The notes beneath the pieces were generated by a model. It worked only from the letters and a program-made list of their open reading frames with translations, was not told where the DNA came from and did not search any database. Shown here piece after piece: positions 43,570 to 54,769 of a stretch of 64,000 nucleotides of DNA. The first letter of the stretch is position 1. Each line of letters begins with the position of its first letter. Origin of the DNA: a virus. Position numbers and translations under genes: made by a program. Location of the stretch: IMG/VR virus record IMGVR_UViG_3300027805_000010, positions 14,610-78,609 of that record; one strand, 5' to 3'.

Positions 43570-46500
43570 ATGGCCGAAAATAATTCAATATCAACACTTT
43601 TACCTGAGCTGTTAAGACTTTTTAATAACTCACTTGAAAGTTTTGAAAAGGTTAATCAAGCAATAACTTCAAACAGGGATTCAGTTACCGTCAACATTCA
43701 GAATGAAGATGGTACAAATTCTCGTGTAACTATTCCATCATTTGGGTTTCTTAAAAACTCCGTTGATCGTTTACAATCAAATATTAATACTATTACAAAC
43801 GTTGGTGGTGGGTCAAGTTCAGTTAGATTAGCCGACGGTACATTTAGAAAATTAGTATTAGCGAAACTTCCTACTGAAGCACCAGACTTAACCTCTATTA
43901 ACTCAGTTAATCAGTTTAGGATAAAACCTAATTGGTTCTTTGAAGAGCTCATTAATCCGCTTCTATACATTTCGTTTGACTTAACTAACCAGGTACCAAT
44001 TGATACCGAGAAGGCAATCATACAGAGATACATTTTAGATACTAATACGCAGGCAAAGATCCAATTCTTTGACAATAATTATAATGGTAAATCAGGCTTA
44101 GATTATTTTACATTCTTACAGGAAATCGTAGAAAGAAATATCTCATATGTACTGGATGAAGCGGTTGTTGATTTGCCACCTAGAACAAAAAGATATACCG
44201 GTAAATTTAGTGTTACTAGAATTACTGAGGTTGATTTTACAGAGGAAATCAATGGAGTTTCAGTAACTTCACCAAAGAAACAGTATAAACTTAACAAGAT
44301 ATTTTATACTGATTCCGAAGCAGACTTTAATGACACCGTACAGTTAAAGGTTGGTGATAGCGTTGAAGTGGTATCAAATCCAATAGATACTCGCTACATA
44401 GTTAAAAGTGTAGACTCTAGTACAAGTACGGTTATACTTGATTTAGTTGAAGGAACTCGCCCAATTCAAATTGGAGCAGATATTTTAAAGATTGGATCAA
44501 GCATAAATAACAATGTACAGGTAGACGTTACGGTAGGCTTTAATGAAAGATGTGTAACCTTCGTTAAACCGATTGATCCGGATTCAAAGATTCCTGCTGT
44601 CAATTGGTCTCCAGGTGCTGGGTTTTATACGAACGCTTTAACAACTATTGCTGAGGATGGTACTCAACAAACACTAGCTGACTATTATCAAAGATATGCA
44701 GTTGATTTTGGTAAGTTCTTATTATCATTTGCTGAAGATAAGATACCTACAAGTAGAGAAGGTCTTATACCTAATGCTCCTGCACCTACATCGGCTGACT
44801 TTAAAGTTAAACTAGTTAATGGCCAAGTTACTAATGCAGATGCAGTAGTTCAATTACAAGATCTTAATAATCAAAAGAATACATTGGATTCAACTCTTAA
44901 GGAGTTGGATACTGCAATATCACAATATAGAACTAAGATCCAAACTACCAATTATGCAACTAATGTTGAGCGTGACGCTGATAAGAATGCATTACAAGGG
45001 TTAATAACTGAAAGAAGTTCTCAGGCTGAATTATATGCATCTATAGTAAAAGAAATTGATGCAAAGAGTAAAGATAATTCAGTTGCAAGTATTACACCTA
45101 AATATAGAGCTCGTGGTTTTTGGCCAATGCCACAGGAAAAATCTTCTCCTGCAACTGGACCACAAGCTGTTGTTAAATTTAAGATAAGATATCGTTATCT
45201 TTCTCAGGATGGTGCGGCTAACCCAGTTGATCAATTTACATTTGTTGATGGTGGTTCACAGAGCCAAGGCGCATTTTCAAATTATGAAATTATTGAAAGT
45301 GTTTTAAGACCTAGAGGTAAGAACCCAATTACTGGACTTTACCAATGGGCACCAATTAATAATGACAATGCAGATGCGGTTAATATTAACCAACTTGATA
45401 TTGCAATTAGAAAAGGTGAAATTTTAGAAGTACAAGTTAAATCTATATCTGAAGCAGGTTGGCCATCAAATCCACTTGAGAGTGAATGGTCAGAACCAGT
45501 TAGAATTGAATTTCCAGCTGACTTAAGTTCTGATAGTGCAGTAGAAGCAATTCTTGCACAAAACAAACAGGATATAGCAAAAGTTAGTCTACAGGAAACT
45601 CTAAATGCCAAAGGTATTGATGAACATTTAAGTAGTTCATTTGTTGCCAATGAAAAATATTATGCTCACAGCGCACAGGTGATTGCCTCAGGTTTCTTAT
45701 CAGAGAACCAAACGCCAGTTGACTTATTTAGTAAACTTGCAGAAATGCAAGCACGACTAGATGAATTCAGTGAAATACTAAGAAATGCTTCAGGTGAGTT
45801 AGCGGTTACCTTAGTTGATGATCAAGGTAATGTAATTAATCTTAATCGTAATTCAACTACAAAGGTATTTGCTGGATTTTATTTTAATGAAGTTAAGGCA
45901 CTTGATGATCCACGCGGTGCGATCATTAGTAAAACATTCTTTATTAATATTGCAAATGCTGAGCAGACTGGTTTAAGATTAATATCAAGAGTTGCTGGTT
46001 CAAGAAACAGAATGACTAAGCAATCAGAGAATCCTGGTTATACAAATGCGGAAGCTGCAAATGGAACTGTTATTTTACCTGCAACATATTCATGGTTAGA
46101 TAACAGTGCAACAAATCAAAGTGATGGTAGACCTACATATGTAGGAAATGATACTGATTATAACACAATTCGTAAATATGACTTAACGCCTATTTTGTTG
46201 ACTAACCCATCGGTTACTTCTACAAGCAAGTATGGTCAAACTATATCTCTGTCACCTTATCAATCTACACAGAATAAGAATCAATTTATATATGCAAGAT
46301 ATAAAGACGTTTCATCCGAGGAGAGTTTTTATAATTATCTAAATCCTGATAATGATTACACGTTTAACTTAGACACATGCGAAAACTTTTTCCTAAAAGA
46401 TAACTTTTCTTCAGTGGCTACAGCCGGTGAGTTTATTTGGGGTGGAGGTTTTGATGCAGCTGGGTTACCAACAACGTCGCCTAGCTACGATTTACCACAA

Positions 46501-47421
46501 GGTGATCAGTCAATAGAGATACATATTACACATCCATGGGTAACGTCATATACTGCATATCGTGCAGCTTACATTGCTTTAACTGGTGATACTTCAACAT
46601 TGCCGACTACATTAGTAGCCCCAATCGATTGTACTGCGCCGTCAGGTAATGGTACTGCTAGATTAATGTTTAGACAATCTAAGTTTATTCCACTATTCTC
46701 AGATCAACCAAAAGGTAAACAGCAATCTATTTACTTAAATGAAAACCCGGCATTACTAACTGTTTTATCAAGTACACCGATAAACTTTAATAGTGGTCAA
46801 ACATTACAGGCAAGTCCATCATTAATGTTTATCCCAGTATTGAGTAATCCAATAACACCAGGATTTGTAAATTATTCAAGAAATGTTAAAACTTCTTTTG
46901 AAACATTTGATCAATATCAATTAGGAAAAAATAGTTGTGGTTCATATCTATTTATGTCAGCCGATGATCATAGAGTTATTCAAACGGACGGTGATTCAAT
47001 TCAGTCTAGTAAGATCGTACAATTTGGTAGCGCTAATGCTATAAACATTCCAATTGTTTTCCAATATAGAATGACAGATTATTACGGTGTAGGTAGCGGT
47101 TCATCCGGTGGTATTGGTAATGTTGCAGGTAATTCAACAGGGGCTGTTACCAATTTAACTTATGCTAAGAAAATCGGTTTTGATATTTGGCCAAGCGGTG
47201 GTACAGTAGCCCAATATGATGTTGAATTTTTTGCTAAGTACAAATCAGACAATCTTAATATTGATGTATTCCCTGCGGCTACGGTAACTAAAGGGCTGGG
47301 CGATCTTGAAAAGGTTGTAAGTAATCTAAGACCAAGTATTACAGAGACTAAGGTTAATAAGGTACAAAATACTGGAAGAAACTTTATTTCAAACGACAGT
47401 GGTGATTTCATTATTCAATAA
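43570..47421 (+). CDS. Large structural protein (coiled coil + FnIII-like)
   Basis: 1283 aa; coiled coil; EVQVKSISEAG...SEWS FnIII-like strands; AATAAATA at 43544. Confidence 0.65.
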   Translation: MAENNSISTLLPELLRLFNNSLESFEKVNQAITSNRDSVTVNIQNEDGTNSRVTIPSFGFLKNSVDRLQSNINTITNVGGGSSSVRLADGTFRKLVLAKLPTEAPDLTSINSVNQFRIKPNWFFEELINPLLYISFDLTNQVPIDTEKAIIQRYILDTNTQAKIQFFDNNYNGKSGLDYFTFLQEIVERNISYVLDEAVVDLPPRTKRYTGKFSVTRITEVDFTEEINGVSVTSPKKQYKLNKIFYTDSEADFNDTVQLKVGDSVEVVSNPIDTRYIVKSVDSSTSTVILDLVEGTRPIQIGADILKIGSSINNNVQVDVTVGFNERCVTFVKPIDPDSKIPAVNWSPGAGFYTNALTTIAEDGTQQTLADYYQRYAVDFGKFLLSFAEDKIPTSREGLIPNAPAPTSADFKVKLVNGQVTNADAVVQLQDLNNQKNTLDSTLKELDTAISQYRTKIQTTNYATNVERDADKNALQGLITERSSQAELYASIVKEIDAKSKDNSVASITPKYRARGFWPMPQEKSSPATGPQAVVKFKIRYRYLSQDGAANPVDQFTFVDGGSQSQGAFSNYEIIESVLRPRGKNPITGLYQWAPINNDNADAVNINQLDIAIRKGEILEVQVKSISEAGWPSNPLESEWSEPVRIEFPADLSSDSAVEAILAQNKQDIAKVSLQETLNAKGIDEHLSSSFVANEKYYAHSAQVIASGFLSENQTPVDLFSKLAEMQARLDEFSEILRNASGELAVTLVDDQGNVINLNRNSTTKVFAGFYFNEVKALDDPRGAIISKTFFINIANAEQTGLRLISRVAGSRNRMTKQSENPGYTNAEAANGTVILPATYSWLDNSATNQSDGRPTYVGNDTDYNTIRKYDLTPILLTNPSVTSTSKYGQTISLSPYQSTQNKNQFIYARYKDVSSEESFYNYLNPDNDYTFNLDTCENFFLKDNFSSVATAGEFIWGGGFDAAGLPTTSPSYDLPQGDQSIEIHITHPWVTSYTAYRAAYIALTGDTSTLPTTLVAPIDCTAPSGNGTARLMFRQSKFIPLFSDQPKGKQQSIYLNENPALLTVLSSTPINFNSGQTLQASPSLMFIPVLSNPITPGFVNYSRNVKTSFETFDQYQLGKNSCGSYLFMSADDHRVIQTDGDSIQSSKIVQFGSANAINIPIVFQYRMTDYYGVGSGSSGGIGNVAGNSTGAVTNLTYAKKIGFDIWPSGGTVAQYDVEFFAKYKSDNLNIDVFPAATVTKGLGDLEKVVSNLRPSITETKVNKVQNTGRNFISNDSGDFIIQ

Positions 47422-47497
47422 CTATTGACTATCATTTCCTATAGGCCTTTGATTTATTAGCCAGGAATGGTGAATAAATAAAAAAAGTGAAACTTAA

Positions 47498-50400
47498 ATG
47501 GCCGAGCCAATACTTGATAAAGCATCATACAGTCTTGTACGTACTAACCCTAAGCTAACAGCGAATGTAAAGCTTATCTATAATGGTAACGATCTTTACC
47601 TTGAGTCGTTTAGTGCAAATAATATTCTGTCATCTTCATCATTTAAGGCATTTAAAATTGATGGCACTTCAACATATGATCAGGATGTATATAAGTTTTT
47701 TAAAAACGGAACTGTACCTACTGACATAGCATACGAAGCTTTTCAAGAATTCCAAGATACTTCTGTCCTATCATCATACGGTAATCAGTATGAAATGTTT
47801 TATGCGGCTGGTGCAAGATCTCTTTCATCTGAAGTATATACGGAAGACTTAGGTATTCTTGCTCCTCTTTGGTTAAATAGCCAAATACCAAAATACTTTG
47901 TGGTATATAGATTAAACGATCCTTCTTCTGTAAATAATGTCAATGCGTTTTCACAAAACGATGGAGAGACTGCTGCGCAAACTGCAGAAAAGTTTTCACA
48001 GTTTGTTTTACAAAATTGTACGGCCGTTAAAACCTTTGATTTAAGAGAAACATCTAAACTAGGTGGCTATATTAGAAGATATTTTAATCAGGATGCATTT
48101 CCTAAAGCGCCACTTACAATGACATGGCGATCAGACGATCCTGTTTTATGGAATGGTATTTCTTACACTAAAGGCGGGTTTACTTCAGGTGGCAGTTATT
48201 CTTATACAGATTTAGTTACAAAGGATTCAACTATTTTACAAGATGAATATTTCTTTACACAGGGGTTTCAAAGAAACGGTATTATTTTAGCAAACCTAAT
48301 TAATCTTGAATTTTTGTTTTCTGATGTTAATGCAGATGAATACTCAATTAACCGTTACTTTGGTTTATATGTAGATGAGGTAACTGAAGGTACATTTAAA
48401 ATATCAGGAGAAGGTTTTTATGGTAATGTTGAAAAAACACAATTGCCTAAAATTAAAACAATAACTGAGGTATCACAGTTTTTAAACAAACCGCTTGAAA
48501 TTAAGAATACTAATGGTGTAATAGTTTATCTGGATAGTTCATCAATTAATACGGTTACTGGTATACCAACGCCGGCTAGAGTTAATGAAGTTGAATCTAT
48601 CTTTTACATAAAGGATAAAAATGACCAGTTTCATACAATTAAGAAAGGTTCTTTTTGGGGCGAAAACCAAATAAGAATATTTGATACTAAGATTGATATA
48701 TCTCAATTAACCGGATTTGATGAACCTGATACATTTGCAAATGCTCAGATTTTAAATAGGAAGGGTAAGGCCACTGCGTACATTAATGTCATTGGTGAAT
48801 TTCCAAATGGTTCAAAGATTACATTTTATGATGGTTTAAATCAGATAGGTCAGGTTAGTGCAAATGAATCATTGACAGCTGGTCCTGGTACTTCTTTTGA
48901 AAGCTTTTTTAATCCTAAGGGTACTACAAAGGAAATTGCCTCTGCTATATGTAAAGCAATTCAATTTGGAATTAGCGAAGAAACTCGTTTCTTTAATCCT
49001 ACTATAAATGAATCTACAGTTTACTTACAATCAAGATTTACTGGTACTAGATTTAATCGTTTAAGACTTGGTTTAAATTGGGATGAATATCCAGAACTAG
49101 ACGAATCTTTAGTAACCTATCCAGTTACTAACACGTTAACTACAACTGCATACTTTGTTGGCGGTACCGATTTAGAAAATTCATTACTCTTAGTTGAGCC
49201 CGGAGATCAAGATAGATTTATAAAAGGAGACTATGTTAATACAAAGGGCGGGTTTGTAACTATATCTGATTGGGTACCTTATCTTGATGAGCCTGTAATA
49301 AGTGGGAATGGGACACAAACTGGATATCGTAATATAGATAAATATGTTGTCATAGCAGTAAATGGAAATCAGCTTGATGTAACACGATCTGGTCAAATTG
49401 CATTATACTCTGATTTTTCTCCGTCCTTTGGTAGATTTTCAATTTATCCAATAAAGGATTTTGATTTTGATTTTTATAGTGAAACATATAGTAAATTAGG
49501 AGAGCTTAATTATGAAGACTATTATTATAACCAATTTATTCCACCGTCTACTGGTAATTTAACAGGTAGCGTTGATGACTATTTTGGCGTTAGTGATTGG
49601 CCAGACATTAGAGGATTTTATGATGCAGGTGGCTTTTCAAATTTGATAGGTCTTCTTAAGGACGCAGATCCTGATGTATCATTTGATATTGACATCACAT
49701 CGGAATATCAAAGACTAGAGGAAAACTTCTTAAAAGAACAGGCAGTTGCTTCAAGAACAACTCCATATATTAATAAGTGGGCTTGGTATGATGGCGGCAC
49801 TGATACAAGAAATAATCCTTATCGTCTTAATCTTAGTTTAGCTTTTGGTACAAATAATTTTGCACCATCAAAATGGAATACAGGAAGATCACCTGAAGGA
49901 TTTAGCCATGAGTGGTATTATCTATGTGAATTTCCTTCATATTTTAATTCTGATGCAATAGAAGATTCTTGGAGTTACTTTGATAAAGTACCTGTTGATA
50001 ATATTGAAGCAAATTCAATTACAGGAAGTGTCTTTATACCTGGTACATTTCAAAGAGTTGATAAAAATGAATTTAATGATTATTTTATTGCTGATAGATT
50101 TAATGTTAATGGAAACATTCATTTAATAGATAGACAAACTAGATTCGGTAGATTTAGCGGTGGTAATAAACAAAATTTTGCAGAGGCTTTTTTACGAGGT
50201 GTTAGAATCATTGCAAAAACAAAAACATCGGGTGAAGAAAAACCTAACTTTAATGCCGGTAAGCTTTCATACGTAACTGATGGTAAATTTAATGATTATC
50301 GTTTCTCTACGATGGTGGTACCTAACGCAGTAGGTAAGCCTAGAAATGAAATTAAGATCATTAAGAATGATAAATGGAAGACTATAGTAATGCTAATCTT

Positions 50401-52171
50401 TATATCATTTGAAAGTGACTGTCTAAATCCAAGCGGTAATTCAATTGATAGAACATCATTATATTCAATACAGAGCGCATTGCAAACGGGTTCTGATTGT
50501 AGCCCGATAGTACCAATACAATATGAAGACTCTATTATGCAAGGGTCTATAAGTTTTTTATTGTCATTGTGGTCTGTTCAAGCAAATCAATGGTTAATCC
50601 AAGGTGTATCTGATATATCAGGAAATCCTACTTCATTTTTAACCGATGTTACGATTGGAAATGATGGGCAATATAATTCTATAGAATTTACGGTTGGACC
50701 GGATACTTATCTTATTAGCGGTATTAGCAGAATCATTTCATCAAACCAATTATATGCTTCTACAATAACAAAAAATGGCTTTCCATTTACTCTACCTGCA
50801 CCAGCGCCAAGTTCAATTGAATTAAAGAGTGCTACATATATAATTAAAGGTGGTGGTTATAATGGGTACACAAACACATTAGATAATATTAGCTTTGCAA
50901 ATATCTTTAATGCTATTAATGAAGGTGATCCAACAATCATATATGAAACAATAGACACTAATGGTAATCGTGTTTTAAATCCTGATGGTAGTTTGGCGCA
51001 AACTTTTGCAATTCAATTAAGAGCACAGGATGATATTTTAAAGTCAACCTATATTGGAATACTACCTGATCCTAATAAACCTACAATATTTAACTTATCT
51101 GATATTATAGGTTATGACTTGTCTTTACAGACAAAACCTAGAATAAATCCTATTGCTAGACATTCTGGTTGGTATAAGCCTCTTGCTAACGATATTATAT
51201 TTTTTAGAGACCCTTATGCAAATATAGATTTTAGTCAAGGATATTACACAGGAGGAAATACTGGAAATACTGGTATTACCGGAGGTAGTGGATCAACAAG
51301 TACAGGTAATCCTATTAATGATGAGGTTTATAAATTTAAAGTATTTACATTATGTAGATATCAGAATACACAGTTTTATAGTAATCACATAAACTTTGGT
51401 ATTCTTAAAAATTATTTTTATCATAAAGTTAATCAGGAAGATCCATCAACGGTATTAGAGTTATCATCTGATAGCGCATTCTTAAGTCTTTACCCTCTTA
51501 TTAATGAAGTAGGTATTGACTATAGAGATTATTACGTGTTTTCTTCAAACTGGGAACCTGGCTATTTTATTAAGAGTATAGATAAAACAAAGATTCAATC
51601 AGTTATTGGTACAAGGTCAATGTTAGAGAAAAAATCTTTCTTTGGGTCTAAGTATTTAAAAGTTCCTCAGCAAATAACGTTGGAAACATTTAGTCCTTCA
51701 CCTTTATCTAATGATGCTATTAAAGATCCAAGTTTAATTGATGGTAACTTTATGTATAATGAAACTACATCATATACTGAGTTTTATCTTCTTATACAAA
51801 AAAGATTAACTGAATACTTATTTGATTTTGTAAAAACTTCATTTGAAAAATATGTTAATGTTAATTTTGGGTTTGGTAATATTACCACATTAGATGATGA
51901 CGTTAGTAGTTACATTGAACAGAATGTATTAAGTCTATACAAAATAGGATCTGTTAATTTTTATGTAAAACAGAGCAGAGATAAAAAGGCTCCTGATTAT
52001 ACTACAGCAGAATTAACTAATGTAGAAAAAGCATCAGCGGGATTAAAGATTGATCAAAATATATCAACAAAGACACTTAATACAAACCTATTTGATTTAA
52101 GGCTAATATATAACAAAAGGACTGGGTTCTCTGATTCCTATGGATTCAGTGTAACTATAGTTAAAAAATAA
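47498..52171 (+). CDS. Very large structural protein
   Basis: 1557 aa aromatic/beta-rich ORF with AATAAATA at 47473. Confidence 0.65.
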   Translation: MAEPILDKASYSLVRTNPKLTANVKLIYNGNDLYLESFSANNILSSSSFKAFKIDGTSTYDQDVYKFFKNGTVPTDIAYEAFQEFQDTSVLSSYGNQYEMFYAAGARSLSSEVYTEDLGILAPLWLNSQIPKYFVVYRLNDPSSVNNVNAFSQNDGETAAQTAEKFSQFVLQNCTAVKTFDLRETSKLGGYIRRYFNQDAFPKAPLTMTWRSDDPVLWNGISYTKGGFTSGGSYSYTDLVTKDSTILQDEYFFTQGFQRNGIILANLINLEFLFSDVNADEYSINRYFGLYVDEVTEGTFKISGEGFYGNVEKTQLPKIKTITEVSQFLNKPLEIKNTNGVIVYLDSSSINTVTGIPTPARVNEVESIFYIKDKNDQFHTIKKGSFWGENQIRIFDTKIDISQLTGFDEPDTFANAQILNRKGKATAYINVIGEFPNGSKITFYDGLNQIGQVSANESLTAGPGTSFESFFNPKGTTKEIASAICKAIQFGISEETRFFNPTINESTVYLQSRFTGTRFNRLRLGLNWDEYPELDESLVTYPVTNTLTTTAYFVGGTDLENSLLLVEPGDQDRFIKGDYVNTKGGFVTISDWVPYLDEPVISGNGTQTGYRNIDKYVVIAVNGNQLDVTRSGQIALYSDFSPSFGRFSIYPIKDFDFDFYSETYSKLGELNYEDYYYNQFIPPSTGNLTGSVDDYFGVSDWPDIRGFYDAGGFSNLIGLLKDADPDVSFDIDITSEYQRLEENFLKEQAVASRTTPYINKWAWYDGGTDTRNNPYRLNLSLAFGTNNFAPSKWNTGRSPEGFSHEWYYLCEFPSYFNSDAIEDSWSYFDKVPVDNIEANSITGSVFIPGTFQRVDKNEFNDYFIADRFNVNGNIHLIDRQTRFGRFSGGNKQNFAEAFLRGVRIIAKTKTSGEEKPNFNAGKLSYVTDGKFNDYRFSTMVVPNAVGKPRNEIKIIKNDKWKTIVMLIFISFESDCLNPSGNSIDRTSLYSIQSALQTGSDCSPIVPIQYEDSIMQGSISFLLSLWSVQANQWLIQGVSDISGNPTSFLTDVTIGNDGQYNSIEFTVGPDTYLISGISRIISSNQLYASTITKNGFPFTLPAPAPSSIELKSATYIIKGGGYNGYTNTLDNISFANIFNAINEGDPTIIYETIDTNGNRVLNPDGSLAQTFAIQLRAQDDILKSTYIGILPDPNKPTIFNLSDIIGYDLSLQTKPRINPIARHSGWYKPLANDIIFFRDPYANIDFSQGYYTGGNTGNTGITGGSGSTSTGNPINDEVYKFKVFTLCRYQNTQFYSNHINFGILKNYFYHKVNQEDPSTVLELSSDSAFLSLYPLINEVGIDYRDYYVFSSNWEPGYFIKSIDKTKIQSVIGTRSMLEKKSFFGSKYLKVPQQITLETFSPSPLSNDAIKDPSLIDGNFMYNETTSYTEFYLLIQKRLTEYLFDFVKTSFEKYVNVNFGFGNITTLDDDVSSYIEQNVLSLYKIGSVNFYVKQSRDKKAPDYTTAELTNVEKASAGLKIDQNISTKTLNTNLFDLRLIYNKRTGFSDSYGFSVTIVKK

Positions 52172-52182
52172 AAAATTAAAGC

Positions 52183-54516
52183 ATGCCTATCGTAATACAA
52201 GACCTTCTTGCATCTGATACGCTTTCACAAGCAGTAGATAAAATTAATTTTAATTTTGATCAGCTGTTGCTGAATGGCGGTGGCCCAGTAGGCCCAGCTG
52301 GTATACCAGGTCCAACCGGTCCTGCAGGAGGACGTGGGATTAAGGGAGCTACTTGGTACAATGGTAGTGCTGATCCTAATACATTAATTATAGCAGGAAT
52401 TGAAGAAGATGATTATTTTCTACAAAGCAATGGACAAGTATGGCAATATAATGGAACCATTTGGGTACAGAGTTCAGTTAACTTAATAGGACCTACTGGT
52501 CCTTCTGGTTCTAACATTGGGTTTGATTATATAGGAGGTTACAATGGAGTCAATCCACCAACATCTCTTAGTAATGATAATGTCGCATTTCCTGTTCCTA
52601 TGCCATCTGGCGTAAGTGGTGGCGCTAATCAATTAACCAACCAAGGTGTTTCAACTGTTTTATTAGGTGGTGTTGGATCAACATCAACGCCGCCAGCAGG
52701 AATCACTTATAGTAGTGCATTCCAAATTCCTAATACAATGGCAGTACAACTTGATTCAAGTTTAGTATCTGTTCTTGTACATCAAAAGGATTCATCTTCA
52801 TCTGCAATTAGATTTATGGGCGGTGGCGATATTGCTGGTGAAAAATATGAGCAATCATCATTAAATAATCTATCTAATATTTCATTAGGTATTGATGATG
52901 CGTTAAACATTAATGTACCTAAAGCAGCAACCTCACCTGCAGGTTTAGGTGATCTAATAGGATTAAATCTAAACGTAATACGACGAGGAATACAGATGTA
53001 TGCAGGTAAACAGATTAACATTATTTCAGGAACTGATTCTGTACCAAGTGGATTGGTTAATGAAATTTCTGATGTTACGTTAACCATAAATACGAGCAAT
53101 TCATCAAGTCCTGCAAAGCTTTCAGTTTCAACTACATTCCCATCTTCAACTGCGTTGTTTGAATTAGGTGGAAATATCACAGTCTCTCCAACAACGACTA
53201 GAACTGGTACCATAGTACTTGAGGCTGGTAGTGTTAATCTAACCAGTTCTACTGAAATTAGATTAAGACATTCTGCAGGTAATGCTATAACATTATTATC
53301 AAACGCAGTAAATATAAGTGGCGTATCTGGACCGATTAACATAGGAACAGCAGCCGGTCATAACATAGGTTTAACATCTGACAATCTAACTGTAATCACA
53401 GCAGTTACTGCGATACAATTATATTCGCCGGTTATTGCTAACGTATCACCTATTATTATTATGAATAGTACTGGCGGTTCGCATGAATTACGATTAGAAA
53501 ATTCATCTATTACACTAGGTGGAACTAAGATATTTGGTAATGTTGTTTGGACAAGAGATAGTATAGGAACTCCAGTGGTATCTAGTCATAGAAGCATTAG
53601 TGTTATCAAAGGGTTTACTGGACTTACCCTATCACAGTCTCCAATTTATATACAAGGTGGAAGCATAGGTAATACCGGTAGAGATTTGGTATTGGACGCG
53701 TTTCGTGCGGATGGTGGAATAGGAAACGTTAAAGAATATTTGAGACTTTACACTGCGTCAACTGATATTAGAAATACTAGTGGGGCTGCAGGTTTTGTTG
53801 GTCATACTGTTGAGAATACTGCGTCGGCTATGCCTGCTAATAGTGTAGGATATAGATTAGTTGGTAGGGATCGTGCAAGTATGGGTAACGGTACGCAGAC
53901 GCGATTCCACGCAAAGGAGGATACTACGGAAGTTTGGAATCGTATGCAGTATGTACCTAAGTTTTTAACAATAAATCCTTTAACCGCAGGAATAACATCA
54001 GGTACTGATTATGTAATTCCTTCTACTTTTATGGATAGTTCATTTTTAGATATTTTTGTTGGGTGGGATGGCGCGCAGACTCCTAGTACTCTTAATATTG
54101 CACATGATTCATTTAGAATTATTATACCCGATGGTGATTATCAGGGACAGAGATTAAATATACACTTAGTGGTTGCGCCTACCATGATACAATTTGGTTC
54201 ACCACCTGCTTCATATGCATGGCCATCTTTAGGTGGACCATGTATAATTACACTAGCGGCAGATGATTGGACTGGTGGTGTATATGACATAGCAGATGCC
54301 CGAGCAACAGATGTTGGTACTGGTATACCGTACATAGGCGGTGAAACTTATGTTGAATTAATGTGGGTTGGGAGAACTTATACTACGGCAGTTCAAACAG
54401 GTTCCTTTAATACTTATACTACTCGACGAGGCTGGATGGTTGTAAATGGCGTACAACGTGATGGTGCAATAACAACTGGCAGAATGTTAAATCGTCAATC
54501 AAGATCATTTACTTAA
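52183..54516 (+). CDS. Tail fibre/spike-like protein
   Basis: DTLSQAVDKINFNF N-terminus, short G-P-x collagen, DYFLQSNGQVWQY.G..W motif, beta-helix-like body. Confidence 0.65.
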   Translation: MPIVIQDLLASDTLSQAVDKINFNFDQLLLNGGGPVGPAGIPGPTGPAGGRGIKGATWYNGSADPNTLIIAGIEEDDYFLQSNGQVWQYNGTIWVQSSVNLIGPTGPSGSNIGFDYIGGYNGVNPPTSLSNDNVAFPVPMPSGVSGGANQLTNQGVSTVLLGGVGSTSTPPAGITYSSAFQIPNTMAVQLDSSLVSVLVHQKDSSSSAIRFMGGGDIAGEKYEQSSLNNLSNISLGIDDALNINVPKAATSPAGLGDLIGLNLNVIRRGIQMYAGKQINIISGTDSVPSGLVNEISDVTLTINTSNSSSPAKLSVSTTFPSSTALFELGGNITVSPTTTRTGTIVLEAGSVNLTSSTEIRLRHSAGNAITLLSNAVNISGVSGPINIGTAAGHNIGLTSDNLTVITAVTAIQLYSPVIANVSPIIIMNSTGGSHELRLENSSITLGGTKIFGNVVWTRDSIGTPVVSSHRSISVIKGFTGLTLSQSPIYIQGGSIGNTGRDLVLDAFRADGGIGNVKEYLRLYTASTDIRNTSGAAGFVGHTVENTASAMPANSVGYRLVGRDRASMGNGTQTRFHAKEDTTEVWNRMQYVPKFLTINPLTAGITSGTDYVIPSTFMDSSFLDIFVGWDGAQTPSTLNIAHDSFRIIIPDGDYQGQRLNIHLVVAPTMIQFGSPPASYAWPSLGGPCIITLAADDWTGGVYDIADARATDVGTGIPYIGGETYVELMWVGRTYTTAVQTGSFNTYTTRRGWMVVNGVQRDGAITTGRMLNRQSRSFT

Positions 54517-54526
54517 TACAATTTAT

Positions 54527-54769
54527 ATGAATAAAGAAGAAAGAAAAGAACTTAAAGAATTTGTAGATCGTTATAAAGAAATTGAAACGTCTATAGATCT
54601 TATGCAAAAAAGTATAGAGAGTTTGGCAAAGAAGAGAGATGATCTCTTTGATGAATTGGACACTCTTAAACAGAAGGAGGAAAGGTTTATGGGAAGACTT
54701 ATTGAAAAGTACGGATCTTCTGAAGTAACACCTTTTAAACTATTACAAATATATCAAGAAGAACAATGA
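54527..54769 (+). CDS. Small coiled-coil protein
   Basis: Heptad pattern ending LIEKYG. Confidence 0.65.
   Translation: MNKEERKELKEFVDRYKEIETSIDLMQKSIESLAKKRDDLFDELDTLKQKEERFMGRLIEKYGSSEVTPFKLLQIYQEEQ

Noticed and set aside
47422-47472. Imperfect stem-loop before the late motif at 47473
   Set aside because: Weak, bulged stem with no T-tract; cannot support a terminator or ncRNA call.
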